Assembly: GCA_963780745.1 (NCBI GenBank)
Contig: CAWACT010000001.1
Span: forward strand, 148,737 to 212,736
DNA from: an uncultured Actinomycetes bacterium
GTDB lineage: Bacteria > Actinomycetota > Acidimicrobiia > Spongiisociales > DATADW01
Length of the DNA stretch: 64,000 bases
Direction of reading: 5' to 3'
Positions 1 through 8,916 of this stretch are shown piece by piece. The translations under genes were made by a program, and so were the position numbers. Positions within the stretch are counted from its first letter, which is position 1; each line of letters opens with the position of its first letter. The notes under the pieces were generated by a model. That model had not been told where the DNA came from. It worked only from the letters and a program-made list of their open reading frames with translations, and did no database searches.

Positions 1-2
1 TC

Positions 3-374
3 AGGGCCGCGCTCGAAGCGAGCAGACTCGGCACCAACGGCGCCGCGCTGTGGGCGGCTCTCTCGCTGGACACGAGCTCATCGGCGTTGCCGCCGAGACC
101 CGTCTACGAGGACCTACGCAACGATGTGGCGCTCCTGGCCGCCCCGGATCTCATGGAGGCGCTGGAGAGGCTGAGCGAATCCGACCTGCAGGAGGGCATC
201 GGCTTGGTCGCAGAGCCCGAAGAAGTGATCTTCATCGACTTCATCGTTGGGCTCTGGTTCATGGCCGGCGAGATCGTCGACTTGATAGACGCGATGTCGG
301 GGACGAGGTTGGAGCGACCCGGGTCGGTGGCCGGGTCCGACGGACCTCACCGGGGCGGATCGGTGCTGCGGTGA
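3..374 (+). CDS. hypothetical protein, C-terminal part (gene begins upstream of window)
   Basis: Frame 3 is open from the window edge to TGA 372-374. The translation (..PDLMEALERLSESDLQEGIGLVAEPEEVIFIDFIVGLWFMAGEIVDLIDAM..) has ordinary acidic/hydrophobic composition, unlike the Arg/Gly/Pro-rich shadow frames. Its stop overlaps GTG 371 of the next ORF (GTGA). No family recognised. Confidence 0.4.
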   Translation, partial: RAALEASRLGTNGAALWAALSLDTSSSALPPRPVYEDLRNDVALLAAPDLMEALERLSESDLQEGIGLVAEPEEVIFIDFIVGLWFMAGEIVDLIDAMSGTRLERPGSVAGSDGPHRGGSVLR

Positions 375-1360
375 CGGTCATCGATCGTCTCCGGCGGCCG
401 CCCCCGCTCGATCTCATGGCGTCGGCCTATAAGGATTGGCTCCACGTCAACATCTTCGACCACTCCACCGGGCTGGTGGGGCTGTGCAACGTCTCGCTCC
501 ACGGCAACCCGGATGATCCCCGGTCGCTCGCCGTCGGCGCGGTCGTCCTCGCCGAGATGGACGGACTGCCACGGGCGCGCGTCGAGGTGGCCGACATGGC
601 TGCGGCGCATAGATCGATGACGTCGATCGAGATCGGCGACCTCGTCGCCATCTCACTCGCGCAAGGCGCGATCGACGTCGTAGCGCATGTCCCCGACGGG
701 ACGGCCGTCGACCTGTCCTGCACCGCAACCGCCCCGTGGATTGCGGCCGAGCGGCCGGAGCCATTCGGATCGGGGTGGATCGCCTGGCGGGCTCTTCCAC
801 GGCTCACGGTTACAGGGTCCATCGATCTCGGCGGCCGTCGTATCAGGCCCGACCGGGCGGTGGGGTATCACGATCACAACTGGGGGCGGTGGCATTGGGG
901 CGACGACGCCGGGTGGGCATGGGCCGTGCTCGCCGCCGAGGACGGCACCGTCATCGTCATGTCTCAGACGACCGATCGGTCCCACCGCACCGGCTCACCC
1001 AATGTCCATGTGGTGTGGGGATCGACCATCCGCCGTTTCTCTGGGCACTCGGTACGCATCACGCGGGCCGGGAGGTTCAAGGGCAGGCTGGGCAGGCATC
1101 CGGGCGCCATGGCTGCGCTTCACGGTGGCCGGACAACCCCTCTCCTCCCCGAGGTTGTTCGGATCGAAGCCGATGACGGGTTCGACCGGGTCGTGGCTGA
1201 GCTCCGCCCGATTCATGGCATCCAGTTGATAACCGCCGACCCGGTTGCGCCGGGATATGGGTTCATCCACGAAATGGCAGGGCCCTTCGAGTTCGAGAGC
1301 GCAATCGATGGCAGCACCACCGTTGGGTCGGGACTCGGGATCTTCGAGCATGTCGACTAG
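371..1360 (+). CDS. CrtC/AttH-like lipocalin-fold hydratase family protein (tentative)
   Basis: Part of ORF 50..1360. The first ~107 codons are Arg/Gly-rich read-through, so the start is placed at GTG 371 (alternative ATG 416, MASAYKDWLHV). Motif GYHDHNWGRWHWGDD resembles the DHxWG core of hydroxyneurosporene-synthase/AttH-type proteins. Confidence 0.5.
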   Translation: MTVIDRLRRPPPLDLMASAYKDWLHVNIFDHSTGLVGLCNVSLHGNPDDPRSLAVGAVVLAEMDGLPRARVEVADMAAAHRSMTSIEIGDLVAISLAQGAIDVVAHVPDGTAVDLSCTATAPWIAAERPEPFGSGWIAWRALPRLTVTGSIDLGGRRIRPDRAVGYHDHNWGRWHWGDDAGWAWAVLAAEDGTVIVMSQTTDRSHRTGSPNVHVVWGSTIRRFSGHSVRITRAGRFKGRLGRHPGAMAALHGGRTTPLLPEVVRIEADDGFDRVVAELRPIHGIQLITADPVAPGYGFIHEMAGPFEFESAIDGSTTVGSGLGIFEHVD

Positions 1361-1859
1361 AGAGCGCACCCGATTGGCTGCTTGGATCACCGAGTTGGTC
1401 GAGGCGCTCGACCGCGACCGGTTTGGCGCCGGCCGACGGCTCCGCCAGGTCGTCGATGGCTACCGGGCCCGGATCGTCCTCGATGGCGAGGCCGTGTTGG
1501 TGTCGATGGACCACGATGAGATTGCCATCGGCCCGGACGATCCCGACGCCGCCGTGGACGGGTGGGGGGCGACGACCACAGACGTCGTCCTCGCCATCCT
1601 CGCCGCCGACATCGAGGTGGCCGAAGCGGTGGAACGGGGCCAACTCCAGATCATGGGGGCCACCGAAGCCGTCGCCCGAATTCTCCATGCCATAGAGCTA
1701 CTCCTCGACGGCTCGGCGCGGGTGCCAGAGCTGCGTCACCTCGCAGCCCGGTTCATCGATGAGGCGGGGACGACGCCGCTCTCAGCGTCCGCACCAACCG
1801 ACGTGAGGGTGGTCGAGGAAGCGATGCTGGAACGACTCGGCCTGCTCAACGGGGAGTGA
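1350..1859 (+). CDS. SCP2 sterol-binding-domain protein
   Basis: In ORF 1245..1859, with the start set at ATG 1350 (MSTRERTRLAAW) overlapping the upstream stop. C-terminal ..ERGQLQIMGATEAVARILHAIELLL fits the SCP2 'G-l-i-G----a-kl' helix pattern. Confidence 0.6.
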   Translation: MSTRERTRLAAWITELVEALDRDRFGAGRRLRQVVDGYRARIVLDGEAVLVSMDHDEIAIGPDDPDAAVDGWGATTTDVVLAILAADIEVAEAVERGQLQIMGATEAVARILHAIELLLDGSARVPELRHLAARFIDEAGTTPLSASAPTDVRVVEEAMLERLGLLNGE

Positions 1860-3230
1860 CCATGGCGGAGCGGCTGAGCGGGCTCGATGTGACCTACCTG
1901 ACTTTCGACGGCGGGCCAATGCCGATGAACACCGGAGGTCTGGTTGTCCTCGGACCCGGCCCCAATGGAGAGACTCTCACCGCGCGGCGGCTGACCGAGC
2001 TCATTGCCGACCGCCTGCACCTGCTCCCCCGTTACCGCCAGGTCGTGCGTCCAGCCCCATCAGGGTTGATATGGACCGACGACCGCGGCTTCGAGCTGAT
2101 GCGCCATGTACGTCACCATCGCCTACCGGCACCCGGAGGCGCGGCCGAGCTGGCCGGGCTCGCCGGCAGGCTGCACGCCACGGCCCTCGACCCGCGTCGC
2201 CCGCTTTGGGAAGCTCACGCAATCGAGGGCTTGGTCGGTGGCAGGTCGGCGCTACTGATGCGGTGGCAACACGCCATGGTCGACGGGATGAGCGGGATCG
2301 AGGTGGCGCGCGTCCTGTTCGACGCCAAGCCCGACGTGCCCGCCAAAGGGCCACAACCGTGGGCGCCCGCTGATCCGCAGCCCATGGATGAGCTCATCGC
2401 TGAGGCCATCACAGCGAGGGAGGCGACGCGGCTGGCGAATGCGTCGGAGGCCATCGCCGACCTGGTCGACCCGATGCGAGCGCTCGATCGGGCGGCTGGC
2501 TTCCTCGACGGCTGGATCGCCCAGCTCGAGGCGACCCGAGGGGACAGACGGTTCAGGGAATCGTCGGACTCGGTGAGATATGGGCTCGCCACCATCCCCG
2601 ACTCACCGCTGCGGGTCGGTGGCGAGGACGCTGGGCGTCGGAATGGACCACATCGTGCTCACGCTCGCCGCCGGGGGTGTCGCTGATCTTCTCGAAGCAC
2701 GCGGCGATGGCGGACCCCATGAGGTCATCCGCACCGTGGTCCCGGTGGCGGTTCCGAAGCGCTCCCGCCGCGAGGTGCTCGGCAACTCGGCCTCGTATTA
2801 CATCGCTCCGTTACCCGTGTCGCCGATGCAGCCCCTCGACCGTCTGGCGGCCATCGTTGACACGGTGAGCGAGATCGAGACCCGTGCCCAGGTGGCGACG
2901 ATCTCGACGATGCTCGATGGGCTCGACCGGCTGCCGCCGTGGGTGGTGGCAAACGCCGCCAAGGCGGTATCGGGGAGCGGGTCGGTCGACCTGGTGGTCT
3001 CGTATGTCCGGGGTGCCCGGCGGCGACTGTGGATGGCGGGACTGCCCCATGAGGTGACCCACCCACTTCTTCCGGTGGGTCCATTCGTGCGGCTCATGGT
3101 CGGGGCAGTGAGCCTGGGCGGCGCACTCGGGCTGGGAGTGACCGCTGATCAGGCGGCCGTCCCCGAGCTCGATTTCCTCCTCCACGGGATCGAGCAGACG
3201 GCGGAGGAACTCGTCAGAGCAGCGAGGTGA
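1856..3230 (+). pseudogene. wax ester synthase/diacylglycerol acyltransferase (WS/DGAT), one frame change
   Basis: ORF 1856..2686 is the N-terminal acyltransferase half; its active-site motif reads QHAMVDG where the canonical form is HHxxxDG. ORF 2580..3230, in another frame, is the C-terminal half (..GMDHIVLTLAAGGVADLL..). Removing one G from GCGGGTC near 2612 joins them as ..DSPLRSVARTLGV... GTG 1856 overlaps the upstream stop (GTGA); alternative start ATG 1862. Confidence 0.8.
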
Positions 3231-3747
3231 CCTCGACCCCTGTGGCCACGGCCAGCGACTCTGGTAGCCAGGGCGTATAGGCACCAGGACGCTGGAGGAG
3301 GTCGACTGCAAGGTCGTCGAGATCGACCCACCGCCAATGTGAGACCTCATCGGGGTCGGGGTCAGGGTCACCTTGGTACTGGCCGACGAGGACGCTGTCG
3401 ATCTCGCTCTCCACCATTCCGGTCGCCGGATCCTCGGCCCGGTAGCGGAACGTGCCCACGGCATGCAGTTCGGCCTCGATCCCCATCTCCTCTTTCAACC
3501 GCCTCCGCCCAGCAGGTAGCGCGGCCTCCCCGGGACGAGGGTGGCTGCAGCAGGCGTTCGACCAAAGCCCGCGGAAGTGGTACTTGTCGAGCGATCTCCT
3601 CTGGAGCAACAGCCTCCGCTGGTTATCGAACAGGAACACCGAGATAGCGAGGTGGAGCATCCCGGGTGACCGATGTGCTTCGAGCTTCCCGGCAGTGCCT
3701 ATTGGGACCGCGTCCGTATCGACGAGAACCACCTGATCCAGCGTCAT
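3214..3747 (-). CDS. idi: isopentenyl-diphosphate delta-isomerase, type 1
   Basis: 177-aa ORF. LHLAISVFLFDNQRRLLLQRRSLDKYHFRGLWSNACCSHP and ..VESEIDSVLVG.. match the Nudix-type IDI-1 signatures. ATG 3747 overlaps the stop of the upstream gene (ATGA). Confidence 0.9.
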   Translation of the reverse strand: MTLDQVVLVDTDAVPIGTAGKLEAHRSPGMLHLAISVFLFDNQRRLLLQRRSLDKYHFRGLWSNACCSHPRPGEAALPAGRRRLKEEMGIEAELHAVGTFRYRAEDPATGMVESEIDSVLVGQYQGDPDPDPDEVSHWRWVDLDDLAVDLLQRPGAYTPWLPESLAVATGVEVTSLL

Positions 3748-5150
3748 CAGATCGACGGGTGTGAAGTGTTCGACGCCACGAACAGCCGCCAGGATCCGGG
3801 AACTCCCTTGAGTTCGTGATCTGAACGATCCTCGAATTCGATCTCGGACCCGGCGAGCAGGTCCTTGACCGTGCTCGAGACGAGCACGTCACTGTCGTCG
3901 GCGAGTGCCGCGACCCTGGCGGCGATGTGGACGGCGAGACCTCCGAGCTTTGGGCCGCGCACCTCGACTTCACCAGTGTGGACACCGGCGCGGATATGCA
4001 GGCCCAATTCGGGCATGGCATCCACCATCGCCAAGGCACATCGAACCGCGGCGACGGGACGATCGAACGAAGCGAAGAACCCGTCGCCGGTCGTTTCGAC
4101 CTCATGACCTCCGAAGCGCTCCAGGAGCGCTCGACCCGCATCGAAGTGCTGGTCGAGCAGATCCCGCCACCGGCGGTCGCCCAGCTGGGCGGCAAGAACA
4201 GTCGAGTTCACGATGTCGGTGAACAAAAGGGTGGTGAGGATGCGGTCGGGGTCTGATCCGGTCCGCGTCCCTACGAGGAACTCCTCGATCTCGTCTTGGA
4301 GACGGTCGATCCCTTCCGAGAACACCAGGTGATCTGTTCCGGGCAGCTCAACGTACCTCGCTCCCTCGATTGCCGCAGCGGCGCGACGCGAGTCCTTCGA
4401 GGGCACGATCTGGTTCCCTGCCCGGTTCAGGACAAGGGTGGGCTTGCTGATCGTCGGGAGGATGTCACCGACGTCGGCCTCCATGGTTTGTCTGTAGTAG
4501 TGCCCGAACACGCCAGGACGAAGGGCGTACCGTTGGAGCCTTGCCAAATGCCGGTCGAAAGCCGCATCACCCACCCGGCTTGGCGCCAACATCTGCACAC
4601 CACTCGCGCCGGTCACCGCGTCTCTCTCGATCAATTCGATCGCTGCGTCAATCGACTCCATGGGCATTCCGGCCGCCATGGTGTGGGCTTGGGTCAGCGT
4701 GAAGAGAATCAGGGACCTACACAAGTTTTGATGCTGTGAGGCGAGAAGTACGGCGATGATCGTGCCGTCATTGACGCCCACCACCACCGCTTCCTGTGAG
4801 CCTGCGGCCCGCATCACGGCGATGGCATCCCCGACCTGTACGTCGAGACTTGGGAGTTGACTCGGCGGCACCGGGTCGGACAGCCCGGTCCCCCGACGGT
4901 CGAAGTGGATGAGACGGCCGAAGGAGCTCAGCCTTCTCAGGAAACGGGCAAAGTCGGGGAAGTCCCAAACAGCCTCCACGTGATGTACCCACGTGTCGAT
5001 GAGGAGAAGGTCCAAGTCGCCTTCGCCCACGACCTGATAGGCCAGATGCAGGTCGCCGTTTTGGGCGTACTGGGTCTTCGGCGTTTCTCCCATCGACTCC
5101 AGCGTAGAAGCCACCTCGATCTGGAGGCTCGCCGCCCGGCTGCTTGGCAC
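3747..5150 (-). CDS. alpha/beta-hydrolase + class III adenylate/guanylate cyclase fusion (LipJ/Rv1900c-like architecture)
   Basis: 467-aa ORF. The N-terminal half is hydrolase-like (HFDRRGTGLSD). The C-terminal ~180 aa are cyclase (LLFTDIVNSTVLAAQLGD, ETTGDGFFASF, GVHTGEVEV, LGGLAVHIAARV). Alternative start ATG 5093 (MGETPKTQ). Confidence 0.85.
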   Translation of the reverse strand: MPSSRAASLQIEVASTLESMGETPKTQYAQNGDLHLAYQVVGEGDLDLLLIDTWVHHVEAVWDFPDFARFLRRLSSFGRLIHFDRRGTGLSDPVPPSQLPSLDVQVGDAIAVMRAAGSQEAVVVGVNDGTIIAVLLASQHQNLCRSLILFTLTQAHTMAAGMPMESIDAAIELIERDAVTGASGVQMLAPSRVGDAAFDRHLARLQRYALRPGVFGHYYRQTMEADVGDILPTISKPTLVLNRAGNQIVPSKDSRRAAAAIEGARYVELPGTDHLVFSEGIDRLQDEIEEFLVGTRTGSDPDRILTTLLFTDIVNSTVLAAQLGDRRWRDLLDQHFDAGRALLERFGGHEVETTGDGFFASFDRPVAAVRCALAMVDAMPELGLHIRAGVHTGEVEVRGPKLGGLAVHIAARVAALADDSDVLVSSTVKDLLAGSEIEFEDRSDHELKGVPGSWRLFVASNTSHPSI

Positions 5151-5204
5151 CAGTCGTCGATGCTGGGAAGTACCCCCGAACGAGTGGGCGCGTGGGCAAC
5201 GTAT

Positions 5205-5220
5205 GTAAGGAATACCTTAC
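5205..5220. promoter_or_regulatory. 16-bp palindrome GTAAGG-AATA-CCTTAC in divergent intergenic region
   Basis: Perfect 6+6 inverted repeat in the AT-richer gap between the cyclase gene (-) and the membrane-protein gene (+). TTGACA at 5241-5246 lies just downstream. Confidence 0.4.
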
Positions 5221-5262
5221 GTCACGTGAACGCGGCGGTGTTGACAGGGCGGCGGCCGACGG

Positions 5263-5934
5263 GTGTCATGCCCACCCGTGACCGGCAGGCTCGCCAGGAC
5301 CCTGATCGTCGCCGGCGGTGTCGGCCTCCTCTTGGGGTTGCTGTCGATCGCCGGAGACACACCATCGCCCTACCCGTGGTGGCGGGTATTCACCGTCCTC
5401 GGCAACATCGCCGCTCCATGGACCATTGCCGCCTTTCTAGTTGGGCGCAACGCCAGGGCACCGGGGCCGGGTGCACTCGCCGGTGGGGTGGCGATGGTGG
5501 TCGGGATCGTCGTCTACTTCCTCTATTACTTCTCTGGGGCGATCTCGGTGGCCTCCACCGCGAATATCGGCCTTGCGGCGTCGATCTGGCTGGGCGTCGC
5601 TTTGATATCCGGGCCCGTGCTGGGGCTCTGCGGCGGCCGGGTGAGCATGGGCGATGGCGGGCTGCCTCTGTGGGCGGTGGTGTTGCCCTCGGCGGTGCTC
5701 CTCGCCGAGGCGGTGTGGGTGGCCGTTACCTGGCGGGTCTGGGCAGTGCCCAATCCCCATGACGTCGTCGAGTTGGTGGTGGTGGTGCTCATGGTCTTGG
5801 CGGCGCTGGCGCTGCCCTTCCTAACGCTCCGCGGCACCGGCCGGCTCGCCGTCGCCTATATGGCCGTGCTCGCCCTGGGCGCCGCCGGGTTCGGGGCGCT
5901 GGCCGGCCTGCAGTGGCTCCTGCTCCAGCGCTAG
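5263..5934 (+). CDS. hypothetical polytopic membrane protein
   Basis: 223-aa ORF with about six hydrophobic segments (..LIVAGGVGLLLGLLSIAG.., ..GVAMVVGIVVYFLYYF.., ..LVVVVLMVLAALALPFL..). GTG 5263; alternative GTG 5278. Confidence 0.55.
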   Translation: MSCPPVTGRLARTLIVAGGVGLLLGLLSIAGDTPSPYPWWRVFTVLGNIAAPWTIAAFLVGRNARAPGPGALAGGVAMVVGIVVYFLYYFSGAISVASTANIGLAASIWLGVALISGPVLGLCGGRVSMGDGGLPLWAVVLPSAVLLAEAVWVAVTWRVWAVPNPHDVVELVVVVLMVLAALALPFLTLRGTGRLAVAYMAVLALGAAGFGALAGLQWLLLQR

Positions 5935-5978
5935 CGGAGGCCGGCCACCCCGAGGCCGCTCACCGGCGAACGCATGTC

Positions 5979-6823
5979 TCAACGTTCGGCGATGTGGTCC
6001 CGCCATGAGTTGCCGGGCCGATAACCCAGCAGGTCACGCGCCTTGTCGATGGAGAGCAGCGTCTCGTACCCATTGAGTGCCCGCCGCACCCGGACCTCCG
6101 GGTAGACCGCTTGGGCGAGTTCAGCACTGGGACGGTTCATGACCGTGTCCGCTGCCGCCACGATGAATATCTCCGCCTCCGAGGTCTCGGCTTCCAGAGC
6201 GAGCCGCGCCGCGGCGGCAACGTCACGGGCATCGACATAGCCCCACACGTTCCACTTCCGCAGGTAGGGGTCATCCCAGAATCCGGGGAACTGCCGGTAG
6301 TCGTCCTCTTCCATGATGTTGGAGAATCGCAGCCCGACGAAGGGCACTCCGAAGCGCCGACTGCATTGGGCGGCGATGCTCTCGCCGAGCAGCTTGGACA
6401 GTGCGTAGGAGGATTGCGGAAGGGGCGTCTGTCCCTCGTCCACCGGCAGGTAGTCGGGCTGCTCGCGTTCGAAGGGCAACCCGAGCACGGTCTCGCTGGA
6501 AGCCCACACGACCCGAGACAGGCCGAGCGAGCAAGCCGCCGAGAACATGTGATATGTGCTCATCGTGTTGATCTCGAAGGTCTCTGCCTCGGTACGGAGC
6601 CCGGGCGCCGGGATCGCTGCCAAGTGCACCACGGCATCGGCACCATCGAGGCACTCGAAGACCTCGCCGAGCTCGGTCAGGTCCACGGCGAGGAACGAGC
6701 GACACGGGATCGGAGCTGGGCACGAGGTCCACGTTGAGCACGTCGTAGCCCGGCATCGACCAAGTCCCGAATGACCGCCCGCCCCGCCTTCCCGGATCCG
6801 CCGGTCACCACAACCCTGCCCAT
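5979..6823 (-). pseudogene. NAD-dependent epimerase/dehydratase (extended SDR), two frame changes
   Basis: The C-terminal ~235 aa lie in ORF 5979..7049 (..VVHLAAIPAPG.., SSYALSKLLGE = YxxxK). The Rossmann N-terminus MGRVVVTGGSGKAGRAVIRDLVDAG starts at ATG 6823 in a second frame, and YDVLNVDLVPSSDP continues in a third (ORF 6271..6756). The junctions are near 6750 (extra G in GCCGGGCTAC on the coding strand) and ~6700. Confidence 0.8.
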
Positions 6824-6942
6824 TCGGCCTCCTCGCCGTATTCACCTTGGGAGGACAGACGCATGCTCCCCGGGGGGCATAACGCCGACACGTCGAAGCA
6901 TCCCCAACAGTCAGCCCGGGGACGATACTGCGGCACGTCGAG

Positions 6943-7869
6943 ATGCTGCTCCACCTGGACACGGACTTTGCCGGTGACACGGACGATGCCTGTGCACTCG
7001 CCATGGTCCTCGGATGGCCCGACACCGAGGTGGTGGGCATCACCACCACCGCCGATCCGGAGGGGCGCCGCGCCGGCTACGCGGCGCACTTCCTCGAGCT
7101 GGCTGGTCGCCCGGCAATCCCAGTTGCGGCCGGCGCTGCGGTATCTCTCACCACGGGCCGGCCAATGGGTGGCCTGCCCGATCACGACCGGTACTGGCAC
7201 CAGCCTGTGGCGGCTCTTCCATCCCGGCCGGGTGCAGCCATGGACCTTCTCGACCACAGCATCGAGCGCGGGGCGACCATCGTGGCGATCGGGCCCTACA
7301 CCAACTTGGCGCTTCTCGAGCAAGCTCGGCCCGGCCGCCTCGACCAGGTCTCCGTCGTCGTGATGGGAGGATGGGTCCGCCCGCCCCGGACCGGTCTGCC
7401 CCAGTGGGGACCCGACCAAGACTGGAATGTCCAGTGCGACACGCAGGCGGCGGTGATGGTGTCGGGCGTCAGCAGGTTGACGATGGTCACCCTCCCCGCC
7501 ACCCTCGATGCACATCTCCGCGCCCGAGACCTGCCGAGGCTCGCTGCGTCAGGTCCGATCGGTGAACTGCTCGCCCACCAAGGACGTGCCCACGCGGCGG
7601 AACACGACATGTCCGGACTCGGCCGCGCTCACCCGGCCCTGCCAGACGACCTTCTCAACTTCCACTTTGACCCCGTCGCCTGCGCCGTGGCTCTCGGATG
7701 GCAGGATGCCGAGATCGAAACGGTTCAGATCGAGCCGGTGTTCCGGGGCGAGGTGCTGCAATTCCGGGCCGCCGGCAAGGGCCCGACCCGACTTGTGGTC
7801 GGCGTCGACGGTGACGCTTTCGTCGAGACATGGCTCGTTGCGGTGGCGTTGGCCGAGCATCGGCGATGA
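6943..7869 (+). CDS. nucleoside hydrolase (inosine-uridine preferring family)
   Basis: 308-aa ORF. N-terminal LDTDFAGDTDDACAL is the DxDxxxDD aspartate cluster of the IUNH family. Confidence 0.85.
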   Translation: MLLHLDTDFAGDTDDACALAMVLGWPDTEVVGITTTADPEGRRAGYAAHFLELAGRPAIPVAAGAAVSLTTGRPMGGLPDHDRYWHQPVAALPSRPGAAMDLLDHSIERGATIVAIGPYTNLALLEQARPGRLDQVSVVVMGGWVRPPRTGLPQWGPDQDWNVQCDTQAAVMVSGVSRLTMVTLPATLDAHLRARDLPRLAASGPIGELLAHQGRAHAAEHDMSGLGRAHPALPDDLLNFHFDPVACAVALGWQDAEIETVQIEPVFRGEVLQFRAAGKGPTRLVVGVDGDAFVETWLVAVALAEHRR

Positions 7870-8786
7870 CCTCGCCGCACCCAGCCGAGGCGATTGCCTG
7901 CACGAGCGAGCAGATGATTTTGGGCGAGGGCCCCCGGTGGGACGCCCGTCGCGGCGAGCTGCTTCGGGTGGACATCCTGGCCGGCCGCGTGTACCGCGAC
8001 CGGGTCGACCACGACGGTGCCCTCATCCCGGTTGACACATATCAGGTGGCCGGGACCGTCGGGGCGGTCGCCCCGGTCGACGGTGACGAGGGCTGGCTTC
8101 TTGCCGCCGGGCGGCGCTTTCTCCACCTCTCCCCGGACGGCTCGCTGCGCCCGGTCAGCGACGATGTCGCTCCGACCGGAGTGCGGATGAACGATGCGGC
8201 GTGCGATCCGCAGGGCCGGTTCTGGGCCGGCACCAAGGCCGACCGAGCGGGCGGCGCGGCTCTCTACCGACTCGATGGGGACGGGCACGTCGAGGTGGTC
8301 CTCCAAGGGCTGACGATTTCGAACGGGCTCGACTGGAGCCCCGACGGCGCCACCATGTATCTAGCCGACAGCGGACCGCGCACCATCCGCGCCTTCACCT
8401 TCGACCCCGAGTTCGGCACCATCTCAGACGAGCGTGCCCTCGTCGAAGTGCCTGCGGAGATCGGCGCACCGGATGGCCTCACCGTTGACGTCGACGGCGA
8501 CCTCTGGGTGGCGATCTGGGGAGGTGGGCGGGTCCACCGCTATTCACCGGCAGGCGTGCTGGTTCAGGAACTGCTCGTTCCGGCCGTACAGACCTCGTCG
8601 TGCGCTTTCGCCGGGCCCGGGATGCACCGGCTGTACGTGACTACAGCAACGGAGGACTGGAACGACCAACAACGTCGCGCCGAGCCCGGGGCCGGGCTCG
8701 TCTACCGGTTCGACACCGACGCAATCGGCCGGCCCTCCAACCCATTCCGTCCCGACCCCACGTGGTTGGCGGCGGCGGACTCATGA
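7866..8786 (+). CDS. SMP-30/gluconolactonase/LRE family protein
   Basis: ORF 7830..8786, with the start set at ATG 7866 overlapping the upstream stop (ATGA). LGEGPRWD, NDAACDPQGRFWAGT, SNGLDWSPDG and PDGLTVDVDGDLWVA are the propeller repeats of this family. Confidence 0.85.
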   Translation: MTSPHPAEAIACTSEQMILGEGPRWDARRGELLRVDILAGRVYRDRVDHDGALIPVDTYQVAGTVGAVAPVDGDEGWLLAAGRRFLHLSPDGSLRPVSDDVAPTGVRMNDAACDPQGRFWAGTKADRAGGAALYRLDGDGHVEVVLQGLTISNGLDWSPDGATMYLADSGPRTIRAFTFDPEFGTISDERALVEVPAEIGAPDGLTVDVDGDLWVAIWGGGRVHRYSPAGVLVQELLVPAVQTSSCAFAGPGMHRLYVTTATEDWNDQQRRAEPGAGLVYRFDTDAIGRPSNPFRPDPTWLAAADS

Positions 8787-8916
8787 GACGGAGCCGAAGG
8801 TACCCACCTAGCACGGGCGGGTTCGGCGGAGGAGGAGGCACGACTTTCACGTGGTCCCCGCCCAACTCCGGAAGAAGGCCCGAGCCCGTCGCACTCTTCG
8901 GCGCTCGTTGGCTGGA

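Noticed and set aside
50-370. Long N-terminal extensions offered by the ORF track: 50-370, 15820-15981, 34408-34656, 36459-36821, 41557-41667 and 62219-62815.
   Set aside because: The extensions are Arg/Gly/Pro-rich, overlap the neighbouring gene or its regulatory region, and are followed by an internal start with a good Shine-Dalgarno and a family-typical N-terminus.
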